The position numbers and the translations under genes are program-made. Below the pieces are notes generated by a model. It searched no databases, was not told the origin of the DNA, and was given only the letters and a program-made list of their open reading frames with translations. Positions 41,255 to 52,374 of a DNA stretch of 64,000 nucleotides are shown here, in pieces. Source of the DNA: Candidatus Latescibacterota bacterium (lineage in GTDB: Bacteria; Latescibacterota; UBA2968); NCBI GenBank assembly GCA_965198115.1, contig OZ240241.1, forward strand, positions 8,362,056 through 8,426,055, in the 5' to 3' direction. The stretch's first letter is position 1. Each line of letters starts with the position of its first letter.

Positions 41255-41500
41255 AAACCCCCTATCGGTCGACGGACGGCCGCGATGCGCGAATCTGGAA
41301 CGAAAATTAGGACGGATTAGTTAAAGAAGCGAGTCTCGACCGGTATCCGGTAGACACGCAAAACCTTTCGACCCCCCCCTACCCTTATGGTGTACTGAAT
41401 CGCCCGCTACCACTGTTTAGGGGAGTAACGGGCGACGTTCTGCTTTTAGAGGAAGGGTTATCCTGCCCGGCGCCTACGTCTCCTCTACGTCCTCCTGTGC
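41255..41500. repeat. Second copy of the ~250-bp element at 34840-35093
   Basis: Direct sequence comparison. Confidence 0.88.
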
Positions 41501-41959
41501 GCCGCTTTTCGGAATCAAGGTTCGTCTCCACAATGCCGATGAGCCACCGCCTTCAGCAGCCCACGACAGCCGCCATTGAGACACCTTCACTAAAGCACTG
41601 ATTTGCGTCCGTAGGTGAACCGCGGGGCGATGCGCCCTAAGCTCCGTCGAGCGACGGTCAATCAGACCCGCTACAGGCTAGCGGGCGCGTGCATCATCGC
41701 CATCACACCGGCGGATTCCTGGCCCCGCCACCGGCAGGATTGACTCCCAACATCACCCACCTGCATGGTTTGGCCAGCCAGCCGGCTCCTGGATCGGATT
41801 CCGCTGTCCTCAAGCGGACTGATTGCCCAATCCCGGATGCCGACCGTTTACCGCTGAGGTGCATCGGGTTGCCTCAAGGCCTATGCCATCCTCTACGGCG
41901 AGCCCTTACCGCGTCAAGCTCAATCAAGGGACAACGGCCCCGAAAGATCGCCCGCGATT

Positions 41960-42212
41960 TGATGGGGGCCAAGTTGCGGCAGGAGATCCTCTTGAGAACA
42001 CGAAGCCCCCAGACCTCGTCCAACGCTCTGGGGCTCTGGAGTGCACGGTGTGCCGAAAGGGAAACCTCCGTGTCGGCCTCGACGTCGCGCACACGGGGTA
42101 CGTCTATGTGTCGTCACCAAAGCCCTCAAAGGGTATGTGCGCATTCATCGCTGAAAGTGGCACAAGCGCGAGAACGTCGTCACCTGATATTCCGATCACC
42201 TCAAAGCAGCTA
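41960..42212. mobile_element. Scrambled relic of the IS256 at 9484-10774
   Basis: 41960-42105 resembles the reverse complement of about 9727-9860; 42110-42212 resembles forward 10208-10290. Confidence 0.7.
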
Positions 42213-42979
42213 TCCTCTCACGAGTTCTTCCCTCAGCAGGAGACAAAATAACTTTGCCATCTGCTCCACCTTGCTTATCCAGTCCTGATGCCAGCTACAT
42301 GAATCGTATAATTAACTGCACGACAATTAGTTACGAATAAATAGGACGACTGGTAACGGCAATCGGAGTGTGGTCAATACCCCCCAAGACAAGATGTGTT
42401 ACGCGTTCACTGAGGAAAGTCGGTCGTCGCTCATACCCGACCGGCCCAAGAACGCGGTCGCTTCTTCATCCAGAATCGCTTGGAAACAGACCTGGATCTC
42501 TTCACGGATCCAATCATCAACCGTCTCCGGTCTCTCTCCTCTGCCCCGCCGTCCACTTTGGTGGTCTCTCCTTGACGGAGAAGCGTACGGGGGCGATAGT
42601 CAGGGGCATGGAAACGCGAGAACTCATCTGGCGCCGCGGGGGCTGCTGTGGCTGCCAGCCGGAGTTATGGCGACGGCGGTGGTACGCTTCTGGCCGGGGA
42701 CGGGAGGGCCGCAGCCGCCCGGCCTGTGGGTGATGGGGATCCTGATGGCGGTGCCGTCGCTGGTGTTCGTCGCACCCTGCGGCCTGCCGGCGGCTCTGGC
42801 GACTGGGCTTCCGGCGCACGGCCTGGTGGACGGGCATCGGGCTCGGCGCGGTCACGGTGGCGGGACTGCTCGGGCCGATCGCCCGTCTACGCGGCCGTGT
42901 TCAGCCTGCCTGTCTGGATCGCCTGGTGGTGGCTGGCGCGCCGGAGTTGAGCACCAACGACGGCGGGCCGGCGGCCGCA

Positions 42980-43193
42980 AGGCTCTGACACCCTATCGAA
43001 TTTGCATCGCTCGAAGAGCTTGAGGCAAGAATCCTCGGCTTTCAGGAACGCTACGGACGTATCGCCACACCCTTCAAATAGAAGTTCACACGAGCAGATC
43101 TCGCGGAGATGATCGACAAACTCAGGTTCTACGATACGCCCTTGGCAAAGTCTGCTTAGAATACGTCACCGTATTTGCGAACAGGAGTACTTA
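42980..43193 (+). mobile_element. Right-end fragment of the IS630 at 18648-19914
   Basis: Near-identical to about 19698-19913, with a nonsense change. Confidence 0.9.
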
Positions 43194-43730
43194 GAATCTG
43201 TCACGTGCAGCTGTCTTCGGAGACAACGCGAATAGCCCGGGATCGTCGCGGGATTCTGCTTCACCGCTGGACTTCAACGTCCCCCGATCGCAAGCGTCGG
43301 GTGCTTTCCGTGCGTCGGGTCGGCGCTGTGTATATTTTCGAGGTTCGATGGGACGGAGACGCCTCTTGAGCTCGTCGACCGAGTACGTGAGGCCACTCGA
43401 CCCAAGCCTAAAAATCGTCGTCTTTCCACGTCCTGGCCAGCGTCCCGCAGGGCTGTCATGGGAGGCTCGGAGTGTACTTCAAACCGAGTGCCCAGCGTTA
43501 GGTTCACGGTTTCGAGGGTCTCCAGACGCTGACCGGTAAGATCAGGAGGATCGATGGCAACGGGGGCAACGGGAACGGATTCCGTCGCGCGTAGCCCGCT
43601 CAGTCGACGAGAAACTATCCTCGAACCCCCGTTTTCCTTTCAGATCTGGGAATTCCGGTTCTACGATAAACTTCAGAGGGCAAGCTGATCGAACTGCTTG
43701 CCACGTCCAAAGCTTCCAGGGGATCATGCG

Positions 43731-46490
43731 ATGAGAAGAGCGCTCATGACCATCTTACTGTTGGTCGTTCCTACTGCCGCCTTCGGCCAAGGCACGATTG
43801 AAGGAAACGTTCGCGATGTCGAAAGCGGACAGGGACTCGTCAACGCCTGGGTCGATATTCCCGCGCTGGGACTGGTGGACTACACGGCGGCAACCGGCGC
43901 CTTCTCGATTTCCGGCGTGGCCGCGGGCACACACACGCTGGAGATCCGCCTCCTCGGCTTCGGTCTTCACACCCAGGAGGTGACGGTTGCAGCGGGCCAG
44001 ACCCTCAATCTGGACATCCAGCTCGAGGTGGAGGTCTTCGCGCTCGACGAGTTGATTGTGGTGGGAAGCCGCACCCGCCCCCGCACCGTGACCGAGTCGA
44101 TGGTCCCGGTGGACGTGATCCCGGTTTCGGACATCGCCAGGCAGGGGACCGTCAACCTGCAGGATCAACTCCGGACGGTTGTCCCGTCCTTCAACGTCAA
44201 CGCCCAGCCGATCAGCGATGCTTCGACGGTCGTCCGGCCGGCGATGCTGCGCAACCTGGCTCCCGACCACACGCTGGTTCTGATCAACGGCAAGCGCCGC
44301 CACCGCTCGTCGATCATCGACTGGCACGGCGGCAACGGGGTGGCTTTCGGCTCGCAGGGACCCGACATCTCGGCCATCCCGGCCATCGCGCTGCGGCAGG
44401 TCGAAGTGCTGCGGGACGGGGCGGCCGCGCAGTACGGCTCGGACGCGATCGCCGGCGTGCTGAACTTCCAGCTCAAGGATGCGGCCTCCGGCGGCGCTTT
44501 CGAGTACGGGACCGGTAGGTACCGCGACGGCGACGGCGAGGCGATGAATGTGGCCGCCAACGTCGGTCTGCCGCTCGGCGCCAGCGGCTTCGCCAACCTC
44601 AGCCTGGAGTACGGCGGCGCGAACCCCACCAACCGGAGTGCGCCGCGCAACGACGCGATCGCCCTCATCGCCGCCGGCAACGCTGACGTGTGGTCCGACA
44701 CGCCGCAGGTCTGGGGCTCGCCGGAGATTGAGGACGACCTCAAGCTCTTCGGGAATTTCGGCTATACCTCCGACGCCAGCGTGCAGGTCTACGCCCACAC
44801 CAACTATGCCAGCAAGAAGGTGACCGGCGGCTTCTTCTTCCGTAACCCGAACACCCGCGGCAGTGTGTTCAGCGCCGACAGGGGTAAGACGCTGCTGATC
44901 GGCGACGTGCTGGCGGCGAACGGGACGGGCTCGGCGAACTGCCCGACGGTGGCCATTACCAACAACGTGGCCGACCCGGTTGCCCTGCAGCAGGTGTTCG
45001 ACGACCCGAACTGCTTCTCGTTCCGGGAGCTGTTCCCGGGCGGCTTCACGCCGAGCTTCGGGGGCAAAGCGCAGGACATGTCGGTGGTGGGCGGGGTCCG
45101 CGGCTTCACCGCCGGCGGCTTCAACTGGGACGTGAGCGCCTCTTTCGGCGCCCACGAGACCGACCTCTTCATCAGGAATACGGTCAACGCCTCGCTCGGC
45201 CCCGATACGCCGACCGCGTTCAATCTCGGCAGCAACCGGCAGCGGGCTGTCGGCCTCAACGCCGACTTCTCCTTTGCCGCCACCGAGATGATCAACATCG
45301 CAGCCGGCGCGGAATGGCGGAACGAGCAGTACGAGACCCAGGCCGGCGATCCGGAGTCGTGGACGGTCGGCCCCTACGGCCGGGGACAGGGCTTCTCGGC
45401 CGGGTCCAACGGGTTCTTCGGCTACGGGCCGATGGCTGCGGGGACCTGGAGCCGCGGCAACGTCGCGGCCTACGGCGATCTCGAGCTGGCCGGCACCGAG
45501 GGAGAATGGACGCTCGGGTCAGCCGTTCGCATCGAGCGCTTCGAGGATTTCGGCACGACGGTGAATGGCAAGCTCGCCGCCCGCTTCCTCTTTTTGCGCG
45601 CCAGCGCGAGCAGCGGGTTCCGCGCCCCGACGCCGGGCCAGCAGAACGGATTCAACATCTCGACCATCTTCGACCCCGCGCTCGGCGATCTGGTCAACAA
45701 CGGCACCATCCCGTCGACCTCGCCGCTGGCGGCGCTGCGCGGCGGCGTCCCGCTTGCCCCGGAGAAATCGATCAACTACGCCGTCGGCGTCGTCTTCGGC
45801 ACCGACCAGTTCAGCTTCACGGCCGACTATTTCCGGATCAACGTGTCCGACCGCATCGGAATCACGAGCAACTTCACGCTTACGGCAGACGAGATCAATG
45901 GTCTGCTGGCGTCGGGAGTGACGGCCGCCCGCGACCTGCGGCGGTTCCGGTTCTTCACGAATGCGTTCTCCACCGCGTCGCAGGGGATCGATCTGGTGTC
46001 GACCTTCACGCCGCTCGCGCTACGCGGCAACACGACCATCAGCGCCGTCTTCAACTACACCGACACCGATGTGACCGACAACGAGATGGGGCTGCTGAAC
46101 GACCGGCGTCTGACCGAGTACGCCTACGCGCTGCCGCGGACCCGCTGGAACATCGGTGTGACCCAGCAGATCGCACGGGTGAGCGTTGTCGGCCGGCTGA
46201 ACTACTTCGGCGGCTGGTACGACTACGACAGCGGCTTTGCCGAGTCGTTCCTGCCGTCCGGCGGAATTGATCAGGGCTTCTTCGACGGCCGACCGTTTGT
46301 CGACCTGGAGGCGAGCATCGCGCTCGGCGCCGGAGCGAACTTGACCATCGGTGGCCAGAACGTGTTCAACGCCTACCCGGACGAGAGCGCGCGCGCGATG
46401 TCGGTCGGCGAGAAATACAGCGAGTACACGCCGTGGGGCTTCAACGGCGCCTACTATTACGTGCGGCTCGGGTACGGATGGGGCCGTTAG
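43731..46490 (+). CDS. TonB-dependent receptor with an N-terminal carboxypeptidase-regulatory-like domain
   Basis: Signal peptide, LDELIVVGSR, plug motifs LVLINGKRRH and VEVLRDGAAAQYGSDAIAGVLN, FRAPT, C-terminal beta strand. Confidence 0.93.
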   Translation: MRRALMTILLLVVPTAAFGQGTIEGNVRDVESGQGLVNAWVDIPALGLVDYTAATGAFSISGVAAGTHTLEIRLLGFGLHTQEVTVAAGQTLNLDIQLEVEVFALDELIVVGSRTRPRTVTESMVPVDVIPVSDIARQGTVNLQDQLRTVVPSFNVNAQPISDASTVVRPAMLRNLAPDHTLVLINGKRRHRSSIIDWHGGNGVAFGSQGPDISAIPAIALRQVEVLRDGAAAQYGSDAIAGVLNFQLKDAASGGAFEYGTGRYRDGDGEAMNVAANVGLPLGASGFANLSLEYGGANPTNRSAPRNDAIALIAAGNADVWSDTPQVWGSPEIEDDLKLFGNFGYTSDASVQVYAHTNYASKKVTGGFFFRNPNTRGSVFSADRGKTLLIGDVLAANGTGSANCPTVAITNNVADPVALQQVFDDPNCFSFRELFPGGFTPSFGGKAQDMSVVGGVRGFTAGGFNWDVSASFGAHETDLFIRNTVNASLGPDTPTAFNLGSNRQRAVGLNADFSFAATEMINIAAGAEWRNEQYETQAGDPESWTVGPYGRGQGFSAGSNGFFGYGPMAAGTWSRGNVAAYGDLELAGTEGEWTLGSAVRIERFEDFGTTVNGKLAARFLFLRASASSGFRAPTPGQQNGFNISTIFDPALGDLVNNGTIPSTSPLAALRGGVPLAPEKSINYAVGVVFGTDQFSFTADYFRINVSDRIGITSNFTLTADEINGLLASGVTAARDLRRFRFFTNAFSTASQGIDLVSTFTPLALRGNTTISAVFNYTDTDVTDNEMGLLNDRRLTEYAYALPRTRWNIGVTQQIARVSVVGRLNYFGGWYDYDSGFAESFLPSGGIDQGFFDGRPFVDLEASIALGAGANLTIGGQNVFNAYPDESARAMSVGEKYSEYTPWGFNGAYYYVRLGYGWGR

Positions 46491-46799
46491 TTTAGCCGCA
46501 TCGCGGATGGACCGCTCGCCCGGTTCCCGACGTGGTGCCGGTGCGTTGACGCCTCGGTGCCGCGGTGGCCGCCGCGAGTTGCTGGCGCTCAACGGTGGCG
46601 ACGCCGTGAGCAAGGCCACGGCAACACGGGATGCGGCGGCGAAGCGGAAGGACGGAGACGAACGGAGTGGTCGCGGGCCGGCCTCGGACTCGCTGGACCG
46701 CTTGGGTCAATTGGTGCTCGATGAAGCCGGCCAACTCCTCGTCCCGAATCGTATGCGCGCATCGCTCAGAAACCATGCAGCGTCATCTGGTCATCCAGG

Positions 46800-46930
46800 T
46801 TGGCATCCTCCTGTGGCTCAAGGACAGTGCTCTGGACGACACATGCTACTTTGTGCCCTGCGGGTCGAAGGCTGAGGCGGATTGCGTACAAAGACTTTAC
46901 TGCATTCTGAACCTGCCCAGGAGCTGCTAA
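46800..46930 (+). pseudogene. Short fragment resembling a DNA methyltransferase C-terminal region
   Basis: LDDTCYFVPC.S..EA......ILN. Confidence 0.35.
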
Positions 46931-47637
46931 GCGCCTTCGTGTTCTGGGACTCCAAGCGACGATCACGGTGGGACTACTCAGTCGCCTAGACCTCCTAGCG
47001 GTCGCTCAAGAGAGATAAGGTGGACGACAATGCGATAGAGGGCGGGGATTTCGTAGGCCGGTTGGGTGGGCTGGTGGGTCCGGCAAGCCGCCTCTCGTAA
47101 CTCCCACAATGTAGATCCTCTGGTAGTTTTCTAATTTCGGCCGGCCATTAATCGGTTCAAAGGGCTGTTTCCCTGTCCCCGTCTGGCAAAAGTCCTGTCT
47201 TTCGGGCATCGGGTTGGAACGCGACTCTTTGAGGGACGATCTAGATCCCGTCCAGCGTCAAAAAGCAGAAAAACGCAGTCCCGTAGCGCCTTTCGGGCAT
47301 CGATCGTCGTCCGGTAATTTCGATTCCCCATTAAATTGATTCCAAGGGGGCTAAAGGGGGCTGTTTCCTTCTCCCCTGGTGGCAAAGGCCCTATATTCGG
47401 GCATCGGAAAAGCCCGGAATTTGGAACGCTCTGGAACGCCTCTATGACGCTCACCGACAAACACATCGAGTGCGACGCATCTGTGTGGCAGGCTTGAAGT
47501 TGCGGGCATCCCAGGACACGAAAAGAATGGCCAAAGAATGCGGCGTCACTCTATAAAATGGTTCCAATCATTCCAAACGGGCTGATCCTTGGCCACCTCG
47601 AATTCCGAAAACATCCCTACCTCCTGACACCACATTC

Positions 47638-47682
47638 AAAAAGCTTTTCAGGCCCCCCGGTCGCGGTTTCGACCGGGGGGCC
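47638..47682 (-). terminator. Intrinsic terminator-like hairpin
   Basis: GGCCCCCCGGTCG-CGGTTT-CGACCGGGGGGCC with a T-rich tail on the minus strand. Confidence 0.6.
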
Positions 47683-48419
47683 TACCGCGCGTCATCACCT
47701 GCTCGACTCAACATTCTTTGGTCAAACGCGGACATCCTCGACACCCTCAAAGCAGTGAAGTTCTCTCGCGCTCTCTGGGCCGGAGCAGTCGGTCAGCGCC
47801 ACGGGGCCGAATCCTCGCCCGCCTTTTCTGGGGGTAGCAGTGCTGCCTGATCGATCAGTTGACCCGGAGCGCTAAAGACTGGATGCTGGCCCGCGGGGTG
47901 ATTGCCGTCTTCGGTTCGCGCGTGGGCATCTATTGGCCCGTGATCGTGCTGTGGCCATCCCTGGCCCTCCGGGAAGGGTCTTGAGGGCGCTCAGGAGCGC
48001 CGATCGGCTTGGGGGGGGGCCGGCAAGCCGTCAACGCGCCTCTGTGGAGTCGGGGGGCACCGGACACGATGCCTCTCGGACAGGAGTCCGGTCGTAGAGC
48101 CGGGACATGGAAAGATGAGACGGCGGCTGACGTTGAGGGGATGGTGGAGAGCGCTCGAGGCTGGCTACAGAAAGTGCTCGGCGAGTACCCCGATCTGCTT
48201 GAGAAGCCCGTGCCGAGAAACCTACTCAAGAGGGGGATCGATCTTGCCGGACCCCCCCAAGACCTCGGGCAATCCGAACTGGCGGGAAGGAACGATGGCC
48301 AAAGACGGCCTCACCCCACTGCATACGGCGGCAAAGCGACTGGCGGACAGTCACGCGCACCGGACAACCTGCATGGCGTAACGCTCCGATGAAACATCGC
48401 CCCGCCTTCCTGCTAACGC

Positions 48420-48945
48420 CTAAAGAGTAGCTACGCGATTTTCAGCTTCCAGCACCTTCAGGAGTGAAATGGCGGCCACGTTCTTGCGATACTTGGTTTT
48501 CTGACCGCCCTTTTCGATCTCGGCCTCAAAGCCGGAAGGAGCCGTGAAGTTCTCGCCCTTTACTCCTCGGCCGGGAGCAATATCCACTCGGCCAGAGCCA
48601 GTTCCTTGGCCTCGTGCATCCGAATCCCGTTGTGCATCCGCATCCCCTGCTCGTGCAGATGCACCCCCAGATCCTTCGTCCTCTCCTGGGCCTCGTAGGC
48701 GCTCTGAATCAGTGTCCCCGCCTCCTTCAGGGCCTTGAACTTCCGTGGCAGATACTCCTTCCAGTGATCGATCGCCATCAACCCGAAGCTGTCCAGGTCC
48801 TCCTTCTTGGCGTGTTCCTTCATCGGTTTCCCCCTCTGCGGTGGTGGGCGCATCCTCGGTGGCGGGCGTAGGCGCAGCGTCGGCGGGCGCATCCTCAGAC
48901 CGTTGTCTTTTCTTATCCTCGATCGCCCCGGCCGCGAAATCCTGG
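48420..48945 (-). pseudogene. Internal fragment of a large DarB-like helicase/methyltransferase (polyvalent) protein
   Basis: GG.KTKYRKNVAAISLLKVLEAENR.AT motif after a low-complexity linker. Confidence 0.6.
48560..48823 (-). CDS. Small TnpV-like protein nested in an alternative frame
   Basis: FGLMAIDHWKEYLP..FKALKEAG.L...A..AQE...HEAKELA..EWILLP; purine-rich RBS upstream. Confidence 0.5.
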   Translation of the reverse strand: MKEHAKKEDLDSFGLMAIDHWKEYLPRKFKALKEAGTLIQSAYEAQERTKDLGVHLHEQGMRMHNGIRMHEAKELALAEWILLPAEE

Positions 48946-49085
48946 ATTCCCTCTGCGACGGCGTGGGTCTCGGCAAGACCTTCGTCGGTTTGATGCTGAT
49001 CGAGCAGCTCATCCTTCACGAAGGCAAGCGTGTCGCACTGTTCGCACCGAAGGCGGTCAAGGAGGGGGTATGGGAGTCCCACCCG
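48945..49085 (+). pseudogene. SNF2-type helicase motif I fragment
   Basis: LCDGVGLGKTFVGLMLIE...VALFAPKAV...W. Confidence 0.65.
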
Positions 49086-49138
49086 CGCCATGATGCGAAA
49101 GGGAGGCAGGCCAAAATCTTAGAGAGGTGGGGGAACGT

Positions 49139-50200
49139 TTAATCGCGTGAACTCGTCTTGGGCTTCCCCGTGTAGTCGGTCAGCGCCACGGGGCCGAATC
49201 CTTGCCCATCTTTCTGATGGCCAGCCAGGCCGCCTCGACAGCCAGGCGGCGCCCCTAGTAAAGCGCCGTTAGGCGTTTTTTTGGGGGGGGGGGGGGGGCG
49301 GCAGGTCGAACAGTGCCAGGTCCTGGACACTTCCGGCCAGCCAACCCCTTCGCCGCCAGTTGCCGCGCCCACAACGGGGGGCCGATCACGTACAGGCCGG
49401 ACGCCGTGCGTTGCGCGTCCAGCAGCTCGACGGCGCGTCCGCCCGAGGCTGTGTCGTGCGGGTCGTAGACAATCAAGGCCCAGCGTCCAGCCACCCAGGC
49501 CCTCCGGAACCGCTCCCGGTCGCTTTCCCGTGGCCGCCGGAATTCGCCCCCGCGGGTCCGCGCCAGCAGCGCCGCGCCTTCGGTTTCGGTCAGGTAGATG
49601 GGCCGGTTCAGCGCGTAGGACGTCGTCACGATCATCGACAGGTCGCCCGCCAGGATCGGGGGCATTCCCTCCAGCGTGGTGGTAAGGCGCATGTCGGGCC
49701 GAATCCGCGGCTTCAAGCCGCGAGGCCATTCGATGCCCATCTGTTCGCCGGGCTTCGGCTTCAGCATCCTCATCCGGGGCCGGTGGACGGCCGCCGCGTC
49801 CGGTATCCGTGCGGCCAGGGCCTCGCCATCGACCGTCGCCGCCTCGACGGTTCCGGCATCGTCCCAGGCCGTGCGGGCCAGGTCGGAAATCAGCGCCGGT
49901 TCGCTTTACCATCGGGGAATCGCCCACGGTCGTGGTAACGATCGCGGCCGCGAGACTGTCCGGCCGCTCCTGCCACGCCCGAACAATCGGGCTCAAAGGA
50001 TGATGCCGGGGCCGTTCCGCTTCTTCTTGGGACGCGAGCCATGCGGCATGTACCGCTACGGTCTCATGGCCTTCGGCGATCCGGCCGGGGAGCCGCTCCA
50101 GTGACTCATCGGTGATGGGCTCCGGGTCGTCGATCCCATCCGCCGACGGCGCGCTTCGATGGACCGCCGTAGCCACGCGGATCAGACTCGAGAGCGACAT
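49139..50200 (-). pseudogene. Copy 3 of the unknown ...KPKTSSRD gene (N-terminal half plus last codons; frameshifted, middle replaced)
   Basis: Matches copies 1 and 2 at both ends of a ~100-bp unrelated insert containing a long G tract. Confidence 0.7.
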
Positions 50201-50663
50201 GCTTTCGAACAGGTCGCGGGTCAGTGAAGCCGTCTCGCGCTTCGCCTCGTCCGGGCAGTTCGGCAGCCAGGCAGCCAGGCCGCCAGGGCCGCCTCGGTCG
50301 GGCTCATGCTACGCCACTGGGGATAACCGCCGAGCCACAGCGCCGCTCCGGCCAGTCCGTAGGACGCCTTCTCATTCCGCAGCCGGACGTTCCCAGGGGA
50401 TCGGGACCGCCCACAGCGCCCGAACGGAATTGCGCCAGTCGGTCGAGCCGGAATAGATCGCCGCCTCGCCCTCGCTCGCCTTCGATGGGTGCGAGATCAG
50501 CAGGACCGCGCAACGGGCCGAGGATTACTTGTAGTACGTTCTGCGAAGTTCATTTCCTTGTCCCATTTTTCTGAGGAGCTGCCCTGAGGTGAGTGAAGCA
50601 CCCCGGTAGAGAACAGGACAGGAAACGGTGCAGGCGTCTCGGTCGTGCAGAACGGACAAAAGC

Positions 50664-50692
50664 TTGACAATTCCTGTGGCAGGCCCTATTTG
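50664..50692 (+). promoter_or_regulatory. Candidate sigma70 promoter for the SBP gene
   Basis: TTGACA-17 bp-TATTTG, about 150 bp upstream of ATG 50844. Confidence 0.45.
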
Positions 50693-50843
50693 TGCTCTGG
50701 GGTGTGTCCAGCCTGGACGCGATGACGAGACGTGGGGCAGCTCGAGGCTGTCTACCTGGGAGACTGATGCGTGGAGGCAGCGGGTTTCGGCGCCGTACCC
50801 TTGGCGGCCCAGGTCACCCTCGGGAAAACGTAAGGAGGTCGTT

Positions 50844-52346
50844 ATGTCGAGAAGTTTTCGTCGTGTGATTGTGGTGGTGCTTGCCGGCGGGGTGTTATGG
50901 AGTTGTGGCAGCGAGCGTGTGACGGTGTCAGAGGGGGGTCAGGGGGCTGGCGAGCAGGTTAGGCGGTCCTTGAGCAAGGCGGCTGTCGACAGGGGCGTGA
51001 CGCAGGCCGTGGTGGTGGTGACGGTGCGCGAAGATGATGGGATGCCTGTGCCCGGTGCGGCTGTGGAGTTCTCACGATCTATCTCCGGGCGGTCGGCCCA
51101 GTATGCGTGGTCGGGCACGACGGATGAGGTGGGCCGGGCGCGGGTGGCGCTTGGTGAAAATGCGACCGGTTACTACCAGGCGCGTGCGTGGCAGGACGGA
51201 AACCTGCTGGGGAGGTGGTCGAGCATCCCGATCAACGGCGGGTATGAGGTGCTGCTCGATCTGGCCGTTGGAGGGAAGGCGCGCGTGACGGGTTCATCGC
51301 TTCTGTCCTCAGCGCCCGAAGAGATCGCCGTGGGCGTCGTCGCGGCCCTGACCGGTCCCAGTGCGTTGTACGGCCTGTCGGTGAGGAACGGTTTTGAGCT
51401 TGCGCTCGAAGAGGTCAACGAATCAGGTCTCATCGCCCCCAAAATCCGGTTCATCGTCGAGGACTATCGAGGCACGGCTGCGGGGGCGGTGGAAACGTTC
51501 GGTAAGCTGATCCACCAAGACAGGGTGCCCGTGATCTTGGGTCCGGGCATCTCCACGGCGGCGGTGGAGGCATTTCCGATCGCGCAAGAGAATCAGGTGG
51601 TGGCGTTCAGCTCGATCTCGTCGGCGGCGGGGTTGAGCGCGATCGGCGATTTCATCTTCCGTGCGGGTATTACCGTCGATAGGATAGTGCCGGTCGGCGT
51701 GGCGACGACCCGGGAGAAGCTGGGGTATCAGAAGGTGGCCGTGCTGTACGATCGGATCGATCTCTATTCCCAGAGCGGCTATGAGGCGTTGACGGAAGCG
51801 TTCGCGGACAACGGCGTCGAGGTTGTCGCGACCGAGACGTTCGAGACGGGCGACACCGATTTTTCGGCGCAATTGACGCGGATAGAGGCGCTCGACCCGG
51901 ATGCCGTTTTCGTCTCGGCCTTGTCGCCGGAGATGACCTTGATCCTGATCCAAGGTCGTGACCTGGGCACTTCCCTTATCATCCTCGACTTGGCGATCGA
52001 CGAGGTCAAAGCGGCCGGTGCGGCCGCCGAAGGCGCCATCACGTTTACTTCGTGGATTCACACGGCCTCGACACCCGGGAACCAGGCTTTTGTCCAAAAG
52101 TATGAGGAGACATACGGGCAAAACCCGAGCCCTTGGGCGGCGCAGTCGTATGCCGCGGTGCATGTTTTGGCAGAAGCGCTCGCGCAGGCGAAATCGACGG
52201 ATGCGCGAGCGATCCGGGCGGCGATGGCCGACATCCGGGATTTCAACACGGTCCTAGGGTCATTCTCTTTCGATGCCGACGGCGACGCGATCTACGACCC
52301 CATCATCCTGGTCGTCAGGGACGGCAGGCTCGAGGTCTTCGAATAA
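50844..52346 (+). CDS. ABC substrate-binding lipoprotein (LivJ-like) with an extra N-terminal Ig-like domain, copy 2
   Basis: AAGGAGG RBS, lipobox LWSC, VTV...G.PVPGA.VEFS...GTTD..G.A domain, then an SBP nearly identical to 36556-37659. Confidence 0.9.
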   Translation: MSRSFRRVIVVVLAGGVLWSCGSERVTVSEGGQGAGEQVRRSLSKAAVDRGVTQAVVVVTVREDDGMPVPGAAVEFSRSISGRSAQYAWSGTTDEVGRARVALGENATGYYQARAWQDGNLLGRWSSIPINGGYEVLLDLAVGGKARVTGSSLLSSAPEEIAVGVVAALTGPSALYGLSVRNGFELALEEVNESGLIAPKIRFIVEDYRGTAAGAVETFGKLIHQDRVPVILGPGISTAAVEAFPIAQENQVVAFSSISSAAGLSAIGDFIFRAGITVDRIVPVGVATTREKLGYQKVAVLYDRIDLYSQSGYEALTEAFADNGVEVVATETFETGDTDFSAQLTRIEALDPDAVFVSALSPEMTLILIQGRDLGTSLIILDLAIDEVKAAGAAAEGAITFTSWIHTASTPGNQAFVQKYEETYGQNPSPWAAQSYAAVHVLAEALAQAKSTDARAIRAAMADIRDFNTVLGSFSFDADGDAIYDPIILVVRDGRLEVFE

Positions 52347-52374
52347 ACCGTGCCACACCGGAGGGCGTACTGCG

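Noticed and set aside
43755-46619. Long antisense and alternate-frame ORFs over the TonB receptor (likewise 131-1156, 11704-12771, 56047-57660)
   Set aside because: These are shadow ORFs caused by high GC3 codon bias and carry no motifs.
48295-48335. Ankyrin protein (KDGLTPLHTAA)
   Set aside because: A single isolated motif with no repeat context.
49275-49300. Poly-G/C tracts (also 21075-21088) as phase-variation switches
   Set aside because: They are not inside or upstream of an intact gene.
50693-50843. Riboswitch in the SBP leader
   Set aside because: The leader is long, but I could not match a known riboswitch consensus; this needs an Rfam search.
36556-52346. SBP duplicates as a DGR template/variable pair
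   Set aside because: Differences are not adenine-specific, both copies are whole genes, and there is no reverse transcriptase.
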